DNA from: the human T2T-CHM13v2.0 reference genome, Homo sapiens
Assembly (NCBI RefSeq): GCF_009914755.1
Contig: NC_060929.1
Length of the DNA: 64,000 bases
Direction: 5' to 3' (one strand)
Shown here one piece after another: positions 29,721 to 44,750 of this stretch (position 1 is its first letter; each line of letters opens with the position of its first letter). The notes below the pieces were generated by a model, which did not search any database, was not told where the DNA came from, and worked only from the letters and a program-made list of their open reading frames with translations. Both the position numbers and the translations under genes were made by a program.

Positions 29721-31030
29721 TGTGGTGATCTGGTCCCACTTCAGCCCACTCCTCATCTCCCATCCTCCATCCAGCCAAATTCTACCTCTGTAGCTCCTCC
29801 ACCTCTCAAGGGCCATCATACTTGCTGTTTTCTCTGCTTGAAAAAACATTCTTTCCGGTCTTTGCCTTCTTAAATCCTACTTCCGTTTCTGTGCTCAGCT
29901 TTGAAATAACTTCCTATGTTTCCAAGGAAACCCAAACTTGGGGTAGGTGCTCCTACTTGAAATCCCAGTATCCCATGAATTCTCCTGTCTGAGCATGACT
30001 GTGATTGTCCATTCACCTGCCTGGACTCCCAAGTCGATTTTATGGTCTGTGAGATCAAGGACTGTGTTTTCTTCACTGCTGTATTTCTGGCTTATAACAC
30101 AGCAGTTGATACACAATAGGTGCTCAATAAATATTTATTGCATGAATGAAAGAGAAGCAGGCTCAGGGCTTCTGACAGGTTGCAAATTAAAAATAAAAGA
30201 GTAAACTGTGTTTGGTAACATGACACAAACCCACTTGTACCCCCATTTCCACCTCCACCTGTCAGGGAAAACTCAGATTTATTGCATTAACTGGAAGTCT
30301 GGAGTTGGTCTTTAACTTATTCCTTACCTTCTCTAGCTAAACATCCAACTGGTCACCAAACCCTAGATAGTCCACATCTTAGGGTAACTTAGGTTCTTTC
30401 TCATTTCCATTCTCACTTTTGTTGCCCTCCTCACTTCCTTGTTGGGTCAAGAAATTCCATTGTTCCTCAACCTTCAGCATCTACTTTGTTCTAAAAGCTC
30501 CTCATCACAGGATTTAAAACTTTACCAAGATTACCCCACTGGTCTCCCATGATGGAGGTACCCATTCCGGGTTCTTGGCCATTCCTTTGACATATTTACT
30601 GCTGCATTCTCTTAATTCATGTTGCTTCCTTAGCAAGGAAGTCCTGTTTTCCCTTCTTTCCGCCCCCCTGCTCCCCCTGCCTATTGAAGTTTTACTTATC
30701 TTTCAAGGCTTAGCTCAGACTCCTCTTCTAAGCATTTTAATTCTCCGAATCTAATTTGTTCCTGTGTTCAGATAGCATGTTTAGATAGGGAGGAATGGTG
30801 AGTTATCAAAAACGAAGAGGTTCCTGATTTTGAGAAAGCAAGTAGAGTTCAAATAGAGGACAATACCTGTCATAACGTTGGCTCACACTTGTCATACTTG
30901 TTCCCATTTACTAAGAACCAGGGATGAGCATTTCACCTGCTTTATCTCTTTTATTCTTCATAATAGCTCTATGGGGGTGGGAAGAGGGGGCTCTTTGAAT
31001 ACCCTTATTCTGAGGATAAAGAAACAGAGG

Positions 31031-31349
31031 TGCTGGGCATGGTGGCTCATGAGCAGCACTTTGGAAGGCCGAGGCAGGTGGATCGAAGTCAGCAGTTCGA
31101 GACCAGCCTGACCAATAGGGAGAGACCCCGTTTCTACTGAAAATACAAAATTAGCCGGGCGTAGTATCAGACGCCTGTAATCCCAGCTACTCGGGAGGCT
31201 GAGGCAGGAGAATTGCTTGAACCCTGGAGGAAGAGGTTGAGCCGAGATCGTGCCATTGCACTTCAGCCTGGACAACAAGAGCGAAACTGTCTCAAAAAAA
31301 AAAAAAAAAAAGGAAAAAACAAAACAAACAACAACAACAACAAAAAAAA
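31031..31349 (+). mobile_element. Alu (AluS) with small 5' deletion and A/AAC tail
   Basis: Dimeric Alu, long A-rich tail. Confidence 0.92.
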
Positions 31350-32677
31350 CAGGTGATCTGATTTTCCCACAGTCACCCTGTAAGGAAGTGGTGGATCCTT
31401 GGTACACCTTAAATCTACTCTGCTTCCCTCCAGAGTTGGAGATGGTAACTTCTGTGCCCTCCTAAAGGAAGGGGCCAGGTCTCTGGCATGGCTAGTGTAT
31501 GTAGCATGTCATTTTGCACATAATAAATGCTCCATCGGTGTTTTAAATAAATGCATACTTTCTAATTGGTATTGACAGAGTATCATCTTTCATTATCTTC
31601 TATTATTAATATTGATAACAATATGGTACATAAATGTGGCCCTTTTGTTTATTTAAATAGAAATTCTACACATGAATGATGAGAAAAATTAAACAGTACA
31701 AGAGTGTATAGAATGAAAAGAAAGTTTCATTCCCTTTTAGTCAAGCCGCCTAATCTAAGCCCCAGGGGCAACTGCTGGAAAGAGTTTCTTGTTTATCCTT
31801 CCAGAAAAATTTCATGTATAAATCAGCATACGTGAATATAGATTACTTTGAAAAAAAACCCAAATGAAAGCCTACTATACATTGCTCTGAATCTTGCTTT
31901 TTTTCATTTAGAAATGATTTCTGGAGAATGTTTCATTTTTGTGCATACAGATCTGTCACATTCACTTTAGTATTGTACAGAATGGATATGCTGTGATTGA
32001 TTTAATGACAACCGTGTTGATGGACATTTAGATTATTTCTCCTATTTTGAACTTATGAAAATGCTGGAGTATTAGCACTCTTGCATATACTTCTTTGCTC
32101 TCATGGTAAGTGATCTGTACCTCTTGCGTGTAAATGTGGACTCTTGTGAGGTAGCTCCGGGCAACTGCTCATGGAGGTTTTTAGAATTTTTTTCGAACAA
32201 AGTGTTGGAGGGAGGATGTCAAAATCTTGCACATTTTCAGAACAGGGTCAGATTGGGAGGTTATAAATATGGAAAGATTATGGTGCTTTCTCCCATAAGC
32301 AAAACCCATAAATTTAGTATAAGGAAATTTTAAAACATCGGTTGTTTCCCCACAGGAAACCACCTTGGTATTTTTGTTGAAGTCCTTATTGCTTTTGAAA
32401 CATTACTTTTTGGCATCCCTGCTTTTCTGGGAGCCTCAGCACAGGCTTACCCTGTCTCCTGCACTGGATGGAAGGGAGAAATGAAGCAGTGCAAAGATCA
32501 GTGGGTCCCAGGCTCCAGAACTAGCCAGGATTAGTGCTCGGAAAGGAACTGAGTATGAATTCACACAGCCCTTGTCCCAAATGCCAACTCTATTGAGACC
32601 CACAGAGATGTCATGCAACTGTCAGAAACTAATGCAGTCTCAACACACATTTCCCAAACCTGGGCAACAACCCATAA

Positions 32678-33043
<366 letters not shown>

Positions 33044-33469
33044 TAGAAGCCTGCTCTAGGTCAATAGCATGTTAAATGTCAGCCGCGCCCTGCTCCAGAA
33101 GGATACATCACTAGAGATGGAACTACGATTTACAATGTTCTAATAGGACATGTGGAGAGTAACAGTAAATGGGTCTCAGGGGCCTAATGTAGGCTGACAC
33201 TGTTCATCACTAACGCACTCCGATGGCCACATCAGTAGCCTGGAGGATGACCGTCAGGTGCCTCTTAGATAATATTTCAAGCCTGACAATGATATTACTT
33301 GTGTCCTCTTGACATGGCTGCAAAAGCTTCCAGCCACTGCACTGATCAAGGTACTATCTGAGCTGGCAACACTTCCTGTTGAAAGAACCTTTAAATCAAA
33401 ACTTTCCAGAGGAGGTAGCAGCCTTGGTGGCTGTTGTGAGTCCTTAGGGAAAATGAAACTCCTGGAAGT

Positions 33470-33778
33470 CAGAACAGAAAAGTAAACACCACATGTTCTC
33501 ACTCATAAGTGGGAGTTGAACAATGAGAAACACATGGACACAGGGAGGGGACCATCACATACCGGGGCCAACTGGGGGGTTGGGGGTGAGGGGAGAGAGA
33601 GCATTAGGTCAAATAGCTAATGCATGCGGGGCTTAAAACCTAGATGATGGGTTGACAGGTGCAGCAAACCATCATGGCACACGTCTACCTATGTAACACG
33701 TTCTGCACTTGTATCTACACGTTCTGCACTTGTATCCCAGAACTTAAAGTAAAATTTAAAAAAAAAAGAAAAAAAAAA
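33470..33778 (+). mobile_element. 5'-truncated L1PA 3' end (L1PA7/8-like) with 15-bp TSD GAAACTCCTGGAAGT
   Basis: L1 3'UTR and poly-A; TSD at 33455-33469 and 33779-33793. Confidence 0.93.
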
Positions 33779-34248
33779 GAAACTCCTGGAAGTTTCGTGG
33801 TCTTTATATGCATATGAGCCTCCTATTTATTTTTCCTTCATTCTGATTGAAGTGCAGGTGGTGTGGTATGTGCTTGAGGGTAAGCTCAGGAAGGAGGAAA
33901 ATCTGGATTCAAATCTTGGCTCATGACACACTGCGGTGTGACCTGGAGTGAGTTACTTAAATCTCAATGCATCATTAGCCTGGGGCAGGCTCCTGATTCT
34001 CTCCATGCTCCGCGCATGTTCATGTGAAAATAAAAGTGAATAGTACTGACTATATTCAATATAATGGCTTTCTAGGATTTTACTTGCTTTAGAAAGTCCC
34101 CCGGACTGGGTGGAACTTGAGTTACAGTTTGATTGTTGGGAGCATGGCTCTGGGATTAGGCTGCCTGTGCTTTATCCATGCTGTGGATTCTTCCACTTCC
34201 CAGTGTGACCTTGGACAAACCACTTAAAAAGAATTATTCTTATATCTA

Positions 34249-34833
34249 TTTTTTAGACAGGGCATTGCTTTGTCACCCATGCTGGAGTGCAGTGGTCTGA
34301 TCACGGTTTACTGCAGCCTCGATCTCCCCAGTTCAAGCGATCTCTTCTGCCTCAACCTTCTGAGTAGCTGGGACTACAGGTGCTTGCCACCATGCTCGGC
34401 TAATTAAAAAAAGGTTTTTTGTAGAGAAGAGGTCTCTCCATGTTGCCCAGCCTGGTCTCAGACTCCTGGGTTCAAATCTTTTTGCCTCGGCTGCCCAAAG
34501 TGCTGAGATTACAGGCATGAGCCAGTGGTCCCAGCCATAGAATTAATTTAATTTAATTTTTAAAAATTATTATTTTTTGAGTTGGAGTTCCACTCTGTTG
34601 CCCAGGCTGCAGTGCAGTGGTGCAATCTCAGATTAATTCAACCTCCGCCTCCTGGGTTCAAGCGATTCTCCTGCCTCAGCCTCCCAAGTAGCTGGGATTA
34701 TAGGTGCCCGCCACCAAGCCTGGCTAATTTTTGTATTTTTAGTAGAGATGGGGTTTCACCATGTTGGCCAGGCTGGTCTCAAACTCCTGATCTTAGGTGA
34801 TCCACCCACCTTGGCCTCCCAAAGTGCTGGGAT
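34249..34833 (-). mobile_element. Two tandem antisense Alus (AluJ 34249-34536; AluS ~34545-34833)
   Basis: Two consecutive Alu bodies separated by an AT-rich tail. Confidence 0.92.
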
Positions 34834-35200
34834 ATAATTTGTACATAAACAAGTTAATAATTGACCTTTGATCTTCTAATCCCATTCCTTGAGAAAACCA
34901 ATGTTGTATGTTTTTTCATACCTTTCTCTATGTTCAAAAATGAGTATATGAAACAAACACATCTACATTTTATTCTTAAAACTAAGAAACAAACAAGAAA
35001 TAGGATTATGTTGTATTCATTGGTCTACAACTTGCTTTCTCTCAAGCTTAACAGAACACCGTGGCCATTCTACAGTCCAAGCTAGTGAGTCTAACATTTG
35101 TTATTATTATTATTTTTTAGTAGCAAAAGCATCCACTATATTGATGTATCATAGTTTACTTAACAGCCCTTCACTTAGAGCACATTTAGGGTTGTTTCCA

Positions 35201-35201
<1 letters not shown>

Positions 35202-35233
<32 letters not shown>
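35202..35233. repeat. (TG)n microsatellite
   Basis: Direct reading. Confidence 0.92.
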
Positions 35234-35234
<1 letters not shown>

Positions 35235-36202
35235 AAGTGCACATTCTTTCTGACGGTGCTGCCATGAACATCTTTATTCATAATATTAATAGTAGGTCTT
35301 CCCTATTGCTCTCCAAGACTCTGCCTCAGTTATCATGGGAGTCCTATGGAGCTAGGGGCAGGCAGTTAACCTTCTTCCCATTTGTGAAATGTTGTAGTGG
35401 GTCATATGAAGAGCTGGGCTTTAGTCCAGCTTTGCCACTAACCAACTTGTTGTGTATGTAACTTTGGGCAAATCCCTTCCTCTGTGTGGGTCTCTGTCTT
35501 TCTATCTGTCAATGGGAGAATTGGACTGGGTGATCCCAAAGGGTCTTTCCATTTCTACGATCTTCATGGGACTGCAAGTTCCATGAGAAGAGTTCTATTA
35601 TTTTGTTCAATGCTGTTTCCTGAATATGAATCACATAGTAGACCCTTAATGAATATTTGTTGAACAAACGCATGAATGAATTCTTTGTCTCGTTTAAGGT
35701 CATGTAGCTCGGTCACAGCAGATCTGTGTGAGCTCCTGTTTTTTCCCTCTCTATCACACTGCCTCCCACCTCTTAAATATCTTTGCTCTTGACATTTGCA
35801 TCTCATAACCACATGGTCTTTTTTGCTCATCTACTGATACTCATGTGATGTGTGATTCACTGTCAATGTGTCTTTTACGTATTAGGCCAGGACTCTAATC
35901 ATAGCGCCACCATTTACTACGTGTCTGGCCTTGAGCAAGTTGCCTGACACTGTTTCTTCCTCTATAAATAGGAATGGAAGTTCAGTACTTATCATGCACA
36001 TGTGCTTTGAGGTAAATTATCTAAGAGAATAGATGTGAACTGCCCAGCAAAGTGCCTGGTGGATAGTGGGTGCTCAGTAAATAGTTGCAGCTGTGGTTGA
36101 GCAGGCATAGCACAAATGATGGGCAATTTGACAAGTGCATATTGGTATCTGTCAGATGTGAGACACTGTCGGAAGTCTTGGGGTGATTGAAAGCTGTGTG
36201 AT

Positions 36203-36648
36203 TGAGAATGATGGTTTCCAGCTTCATCCATGTCCCCACAAAGGACATGAACTCATCATTTTTATGGCTGCATAGTATTCCATGGTGTATATGTGCCACA
36301 TTTTCTTAATCCAGGCTATCATTGTTGGACATTTGGGTTGGTTCCAAGTCTTTGCTATTGTGAATATCGCAAGGACAAAGAACCAAACACCGCATGTTCT
36401 CACTCATAGGTGGGAACTGAACAATGAGAACACTTGGACACAGGAAGGGGAACATCACACACTGGGGCCTGTTGTGGGGTGGGAGGAGGGGAGAGGGATA
36501 GGATTAGGAGATATACCTAATGTAAATGATGAGTTAATGGGTGCAGCACACCAACATGGCACATGTATACATATGTAACAAACCTGCACATTGTGCACAT
36601 GTACCCTAGAACTTAAAGTATAATAAAATATATATATATATATATATA
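36203..36648 (+). mobile_element. 5'-inverted primate L1PA (L1PA3-5-like) with TSD GAAAGCTGTGTGATT and (TA)n tail
   Basis: Antisense L1 36203-36366, sense L1 3'UTR 36365-36648; TSD at 36189-36203 and 36649-36663. Confidence 0.93.
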
Positions 36649-37689
36649 GAAAGCTGTGTGATTAATGTGCCCCATCCTTCTGGTAGCTCATCACAAAGTT
36701 CCAGAAACATTTATTTTGTAGTGGAGTTTCATCAAAATAGGTAAGTATATTGCTGCAAATCATATTTCTTGCCTTCCCCTCCTGGGTAGTTACTGGATTA
36801 AAATACACACACACACACAAACACACACACACACTCCACAGAGTTTTATGCATTTGACTTAGTTTCTATGTTTTTCTTATTTCAGATGCCTGGACCATTT
36901 TCCATGCCATGTGGTTGGTTTTGGAGGGTACCTTAGAAATTGGGGTGGGGGTTTGAAATAGTTGAAGTAGGAAACAGTGAGGGCAGCTGAAGCTTTATTT
37001 GCTTCCATTTTCTTCAGAGAAAATCAAAGGGAGTGTGAGACTCAAGGCTTCATAAAATTCTATTGACTCAGAGAATGCCTGGAATGTAGTCAGTGTCCAG
37101 AGAAAGAAATGCAAAGGATTATTCGTCTGAGACAAGTGTATCAATTAGGGATTCTTATGTGCAAATTACAAAAGACCAAACTTAATTGGCTTAAATAGCA
37201 GATTATTGTTTTATATAGCTGAGATGTTTAGCAGGAGATTTGACCTCAGGTAAGGCCAGAATTAGGGACTCTGGTGATATCAACAAGAGCTTTCTTTAGT
37301 ATTGGCTTTATTTTCAACTCTTATCTGGAGCCCTCTGGCAGCTCCAGACTCCCCCTTATGGTAGCCAAAAGGCTATGGTAGCTGCAGGCTATATATTCTT
37401 CTTTTTTAAAAAAATTATTTATTTAGAGACAAGGTCTTGCTATGTTGCCCATGAAGGACTCAAACCCCTGGGCTCAGGCAACCCTCCTGCCTCAGCCCAC
37501 GAGATGCTCAGATTACAGGCTTAATCCTGGCGAGGCCCCATCTTCATATTCAACACTATCCAGGGGAAGAGAGAGGGTTTCTTCTGGAGACTCTTCACAA
37601 ACCTCTGATTGTTTCTGTCTTATTGGCCTGAATTGGGTCTTGGGTCCTTTTCTGAAACAATCATCACTGTTTGGAAGAATGGTTTAAGC

Positions 37690-38206
37690 CAGTGGTCCTT
37701 AACCTTTTTGGCAGAAGGGACTAGTTTTGTGGAAGACAATTTTCCCATGGACCAGGGCAGGGGGATGGTTTCTGGGTGATTCAAGTGCATTACATTTATT
37801 GTGTACTTTATTTCTATTATTATTACATTGTAATATATAGTGAAATAATTATGCATCTCACCATAATGTAGAATCAGTGGGAGCCCTGAGCTTGTTTTCC
37901 TGCAACTAGACCGTCCCATCTGGGGGTGATGGAAGACAATGACAGATCATCAGGCATTAGATTCTCATAAGGAGGGCGCAACCTAGATCTCCTGCATGTG
38001 CAGTTCACAATAGGGTTCGCGCTTCTATGAGAATCTAATGCAGCTGCTGATCTGACAGGAGGTGGTACTCAGGCGGTAATAGGAGCAATGGGGAGCGGTT
38101 GTAAATACAGGTAAAACTTGGCTCATTTGCTCTCTGCTCACTTCCTCCTGTGCGACCTGGTTCCTAACAGGCTATAGACCCATACTGGTCTGTGGCCTAG
38201 GGGTTG
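37690..38206 (+). mobile_element. MER1A-like hAT-Charlie element
   Basis: CAGTGGTCCTTAACCTTTTTGGCA...TTTTGTGGAAGACAATTTTCCCATGGACC...GCATTAGATTCTCATAAGGAG MER1 signature. Confidence 0.85.
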
Positions 38207-38382
38207 AATCTGGAAAAGTATTAGGAAGGGAAATGGATGCTAGACAGCCAGTACATAATAACTGTCCACCAGAATAATCAACTGTTTATTTATGGACTAC
38301 CTCCTACACGTCAGAATGGCTCTAAACATTTTACATGCAGCAACTCTTTTAATCCTAATAAAAGCCCTGTGAGGTACGAATA

Positions 38383-38730
<348 letters not shown>

Positions 38731-39382
38731 TGAGGCGACAGAGGCAGACAGAGACCAAGTAGGTGGCTCATTTGGCAAGCAGAAGTGAAGGGATGGCAGC
38801 CAAGCAGTCTGCATCCTCCAACCCTCTGGTCACAACACTGTGCCATGGTTTTTACCAGACTCAGGCTGGGAACCACAAGAAGTTCTGCTCTACGTAATCA
38901 TTTCCCTAATACTATTTGCTGTAAACTGTATTTTCCCTTGAGATGCTTTTGAAAGAAGATGATGTTCCCATATTGCCCTAGATCATTCTACTTGGTTGAA
39001 AACTTTTGGGTAGTTTTTTTAATACTTTCATGCTTTTAGAATGCATGAGAAAGACAACCACTGTTTGCCTCAAATTACCCTTAAATGGCACTTATCTCTG
39101 CTCTATAAATATTTACTATCTGTTGGTGCATTGGATCTATGTTTCTAGTCTTTTGTCTGTAATGTTTTACTAGCAGCATGGCTAGTGTTGTTTTTCTTCA
39201 CCCAGAGGTTTTGAAGAGGCAGAGTTTGTAGAGGGGGAAGCAGGTTGGGGGGAAGATGTCTATGAATCCCTGCTTTCTGATCTCCTTTCCTTCCCTTATA
39301 TTTCCTCCTGCCTCTCTCTCTTCCTTTATCTATCTTTCAAACTAACAAATTCCCCCTTTTTATAAAAGTCTAATATGGTTAA

Positions 39383-39676
<294 letters not shown>

Positions 39677-41614
39677 TTAATTTTTTTTTTTTTTTTTTTT
39701 ATGTAGAAAGCACAGATGAGAAAAGGTAAGAAAGATCTCACATAGTCCCATCTTCCTCTTATCTTTTTGGTGTGCTGTTTTGCTTTTTGCACAGATACTA
39801 GATGACAACAACAAGCATTTCATAGCATTATTTTCCCTTTCAAAAGACAGCTAGAAGGTTTAAAAAAGTTAAGTATTCTTTAGCATCGTCATTTAAAATA
39901 GAGTAAATGTGCTTACGTTGCAGATGTGCCATAATTTAACCAATTCCCAGTTTGGGACAATTAAATTTGTTGCTAATATTTTGATGTTAAAACAGCTTTA
40001 CTCATGAACATTTTTTGGCTAAATCCTTGCCCACGTTATCGGTGACTTCCTTAGTTTGCTGGGCAAGGATGTGTTCCCTTTGGTAAGTCATGCCTGCCTT
40101 TCCTCTGTTCACCTTCCAGGTATGGCAGTCTGCAATGTTAGTATGCACAGAAACTCATGGTGCCCTTGTGTGCCATCATCAGTACTCCAGCCCCTGTGGA
40201 CTTCTGAAGGAGAGGATGCTGTGCTTCTCTTATAGGCCCAGTTCCTTTGTTTCCACATCTAGCTATGCAGAGATTTCCCATTTACACATTTTCAGTTTCA
40301 GGAGCAGAGTCTCAGGATGCAGGAACACAGCTGGTATCATTATTGTTTTTCTGCATATTGATAGTGGCAGCGTAATGTGATCCTTTTCCCTTGCGCAATG
40401 CTTTAGATAGCGCTCTGGATGTCCAGCTTGGGAAAAGGCCACATGAGACACACAACAAAGATATTTAGTAGGTGATCTCTTTGCTCTGTCATTTCCTGGG
40501 GCTGCTATGAATCATGTATTATGTTTGGCACTTTACTGGCTTTTAAAATAAATGTAATCTTTAATGCAACCTGTCAGGTATTTGTTACTTCTGATTTTAT
40601 TAAAGAATGGCTTAGAGAATTCAAGTTAGTTTTTCTCAGCAAGAGTCTAAAGCCCAGCTTTTCGACGATTTCTTGTTGCCTTTACAGGTATTTAAACTGG
40701 TCAGAGAGATAAGTTCTGCACAAATGAAAATTCAAAAACATGGTATAAGGTATCTCTGCCAGACAGGCTTGTGCTCTGATGAAAGGAGGGAGAAAGTGTG
40801 GGCTGTGGCAGGCAGGAGGGTGTCTAATGATTATTATGCTTGATATGCAGCACCTTCGTGGGCCAAAGGGCATTTGGTTACATGAGAGTTTTCTTTGGAT
40901 ATAGGAAGTCCAGCAGGTTCACTTGAACCTGCAGGGACAAGGGAGAGCTGCATCCCGAGTCTGAGCCCCATCTAAACTGCAAGCCAGCTGATCAAGTACC
41001 AGCTCTAATCCTTACCCCAACAGCGGCTGTCTATTTGGGGAATTTCCTGAGTTTAAGAACCCCAAGCATCTGAGCTACCGAGTGGGCTGGAAACACAAAC
41101 GTTGTCGTGACACTTGGGGGTATTTTTTTTATAATTGTATATGTCACAATTTCCTACTACCAGATCAAAGAGTCTGAGGGCCAAAGAATTCAGGTGGAGA
41201 CTTCCCCACAGTACTCAGGGCATACCTGAGGGTCATCTTTCCAGTCTATATTTTTGTACTTTTGAGCCCACACTGTGACATTTAAGGTGAACAACAGCGA
41301 GATTCTCAAGTCCCCTGTATGTGCAACGTAAAACATGGAGCAAAAGCATCCCTTACACATGGGACCAGGTAAAACATAAGGGACTCTAGACACTGTGTGT
41401 CTGTGCTTTTCCAGGGCTCATGAAAAAAAAGTGGCTCCAAAATTCAAAAGGAAAACACAAAATTAAAGTGAGTAAATGTTTAATTTAATGGTTCCTCAAG
41501 ATAACATCATAACACTGAATTGATTTATCAGCTTTAGCTCATATATCAACATCACCACGGAATTATGCAAATTGAGGACATGGTTCTGATATACGCATGT
41601 CTCAGTTAACACAG

Positions 41615-41715
41615 TACAGTAATCCCTTGGTATCCAAGGAGGATTGTTGCAGGACCCTCTCATGGATACCAAAGTTTATGGATGCTCGAGTCCCTTATAT
41701 AAATGGTGTAGTACT
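41615..41715 (+). mobile_element. MER2 (TcMar-Tigger) terminal fragment
   Basis: CAGTAATCCCTTGGTATCC...CAGGACCC...GGATACCAAA...GGATGCTCGAGTCCCTTATATAAATGGTGTAGTA. Confidence 0.7.
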
Positions 41716-42064
41716 GTGCTGTGCAGAATTGAGGACAGCCTATATGGGTGCATTTTGAAATATCTAATTCAATGGTGGAGACGGGGAGGGAGTGAGGTAT
41801 TCAAAAGGAAGAGTGATGCTGCTTGGAATTAAAGTAAAAACAATGCAGGCCTCAAAAAGTCTTCATAACAACAATGAAGATTGCTTCCTGAGAGTAGACA
41901 ACAGCTCCAACCCAGTAATTCAGTTAACTTTTGCATTTATGAGTACCTATGAGAAATGTAGCATAACACTTAGTTGGACTGGGACTCCAAACCAGATAAG
42001 ACAGTGCTCTTGTCAGCAAAGAAGATTCACATTCCTTCCACACAATTCCTCTCTTTCCAGCATC

Positions 42065-42358
<294 letters not shown>

Positions 42359-44229
42359 TTCTTTACTGACTTTTAACTCTAGGAATTTATTTAATTTCTG
42401 TGAGTGTCTGTCTTCTGGATTTTTGTCTGTGAAATAGAGACGAATACCCATCTTATCAGCATTAAGTGAGATAATGGTGGTAAAGTGCATAGCACTTTCC
42501 CTGGCATGTAATATAAGTTATATAAATGATGTTTAAGCTCTCCTCCACCCTACCCCCCAACAAAATGAAACAAAAATGACACGTATTTTGGTTGTAAAAG
42601 GATGAGGCTGAATTCATATATCATCCCTGAAAACCTGCCTCAAGATTTTAGAGTTTATTCCTCCCGAGGCAAAAGGCAGCAGATGGAGGTGCTTGCAGCT
42701 GATAGCATATAGCTACTTAAATTCTGGCTCCAAGCATCCACTTTCCTGTTTCTGGAAAACTATACTAATGACCCCCAGGTGTCACAAAGGAGCCCTTAGG
42801 AATGCCGAAGTCGAGTTAACTGACTGGAACGGGATAATGTACTTGTTAGCAGAAACCAGCAAGGGTTGAGTTCCTTCTGTTTATTCCATTTGAGTCTAGC
42901 CCCCAGTTCATGGATCCAAATAATTTTGGATTTCTTTAAACAGAATTGTCGCTAACTGAATTAGGCAGCTTTTAACCTTTTATAAAAACTTCACAAATAG
43001 GTTGCTTACTCCTTAATACAACATGGGATGTGTTAAGAGTGCCCTTAACTCTTCTGGTCACCCTTATGCTTCCTCCCTTCCATCAACCCACCCGGTTTCA
43101 GCAGATGCTGGAGTGCTTGAAGGTATGCCCAGAGCCCACTCAGATACCTGGGTCCACCCCAAACCCCCAAGGAACTCCCTTCCAATGGGAGAGAATCTCA
43201 CACAAGGAAATAGTTTTGATGTGGACCCCTTGAGAGGCAGAGTAATGCAGTGTACCAGGTTCAGAGATTTGGGGACAGGAAACCTCAATTCAAATCCTGG
43301 CTCTGATATTTTCTAGCTATGTGAACTCTGGCAAGTTTCGACTCTCTTGGAACCTCGGTTTCCTCATTTCTAATCTAAGAATAGTATCTGCTTTTTAGGG
43401 TTCTTAGGAGTATTAAATAAGAACATGTTTTTATGAACAGTGTCTGGTGTATAACAATTGCTCAATAAATATTTGCTTTTAAAAACGTTATCTATAGTAG
43501 ACGTTCAAACAAACCTTTTGGGAGCTCAGCAAGATAAGCAACAAAAACCTTCAGGGGAGGTCAGGAAAGTGACTACATCTGCCTGGAAGCAAAATCCTTT
43601 GAGCTGGTCTTTTTCGGTCCATGAGCACGTGACCAAGGAAAGGAAGCTATATTTTCTCGACTGGGAATTTGAATTTGCAGTTGCACATTCCAAAGGCCTT
43701 GTACGTTCTTTCCAGTTTGGGAAAAGGAGCAGCTAAGGGCACCCATGGAAACACTTACTAATTGTGTGACCTTAGGCAAGTCCCCCTAACCTCACCAAAG
43801 ATAAAATTCCCTTATGAGTAAAAGGGGATCACAAAATGGAGATAATAATTCGGGCTACCTGCTATGGATGATTGCTGTGGGATTAGGGAAGATGATGCAC
43901 GTGATACATTTAGCAGAGTGCCTGGTGCCTAGTAGGTGCCCATTAAAATTTAGCTATGACTGTTCTCTTTAGCTGACACACAAGACTGCCTTGAATGTTC
44001 ACATTTCCAGAGAAAGGTGCTCAGGAAGATTTCTCAGTGTTCCGCCTGCCAGGTCAGTTTACAGTTCAAAGAATCCCTTTGTTCAAAGGGTGAGCAAATC
44101 CAGGCCTCGTGTATCTGCAGCAATGAAACAAGGGAGCTTTCTGCCTGATCTTCTCCCCAAAGGCAGTCTCTCTTTTTAAATGCCTGCACACATGTTATTT
44201 ATTTATTTTTGGTTAACGTTTAAATTGAG

Positions 44230-44750
44230 GTTTTGGCTGAAACTCAGCCTGCGCGCACTTGAAAAGCCAACAGGCTCATTGGGCAGCCGATAAAGCTCTC
44301 GGGATTTCCCCGCGGGGCTGCGGAGAGTACAGACAGGAAGCCTGGGGACCCAGCGCCTGACCAGAACTTCCTCGGGGGAGGCTGCAGGGGAGCAGGCGCA
44401 TCCTGCACAGAACGCTCTAGAGCGCGCAGGCCAAAGCACCAGGCTGCTCCTGACACGTGCTGCAAGAGGGTCCCCGACCCGGGGGTCCAGACCCTGCACG
44501 CATGATGGGGAAGGTGGAGGCTTCCCCCTCAGCTCCGCGGAGAGAAGCTGACACTGCCAGGCTGGAACCTTCCATTCCGGCCCAGCCTCTTCCTCCCTCG
44601 CTGTGCCGAGGAGGGATCTAGAAGGGACTTTCCAGAGAGGGTTAGCGTGCAGGGTGTGGAAATGGAATAAAAGCATATGCAAATAGGCCTTAGCTGCCTT
44701 CCTCTACCCCAGCAAATAAGAGTCTCTCCAGAAAGATGCTCTTTCTCCAA
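44230..44750 (+). promoter_or_regulatory. MIR3142HG: MIR3142HG/pri-miR-146a promoter: kB sites GGGATTTCCC (44301-44310) and GGGACTTTCC (44624-44633), ETS core CAGGAAG (44334-44340), octamer ATGCAAAT (44677-44684)
   Basis: GC/CpG-rich patch with exact motifs read from the sequence; consistent with the established NF-kB-dependent induction of miR-146a. Confidence 0.9.
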
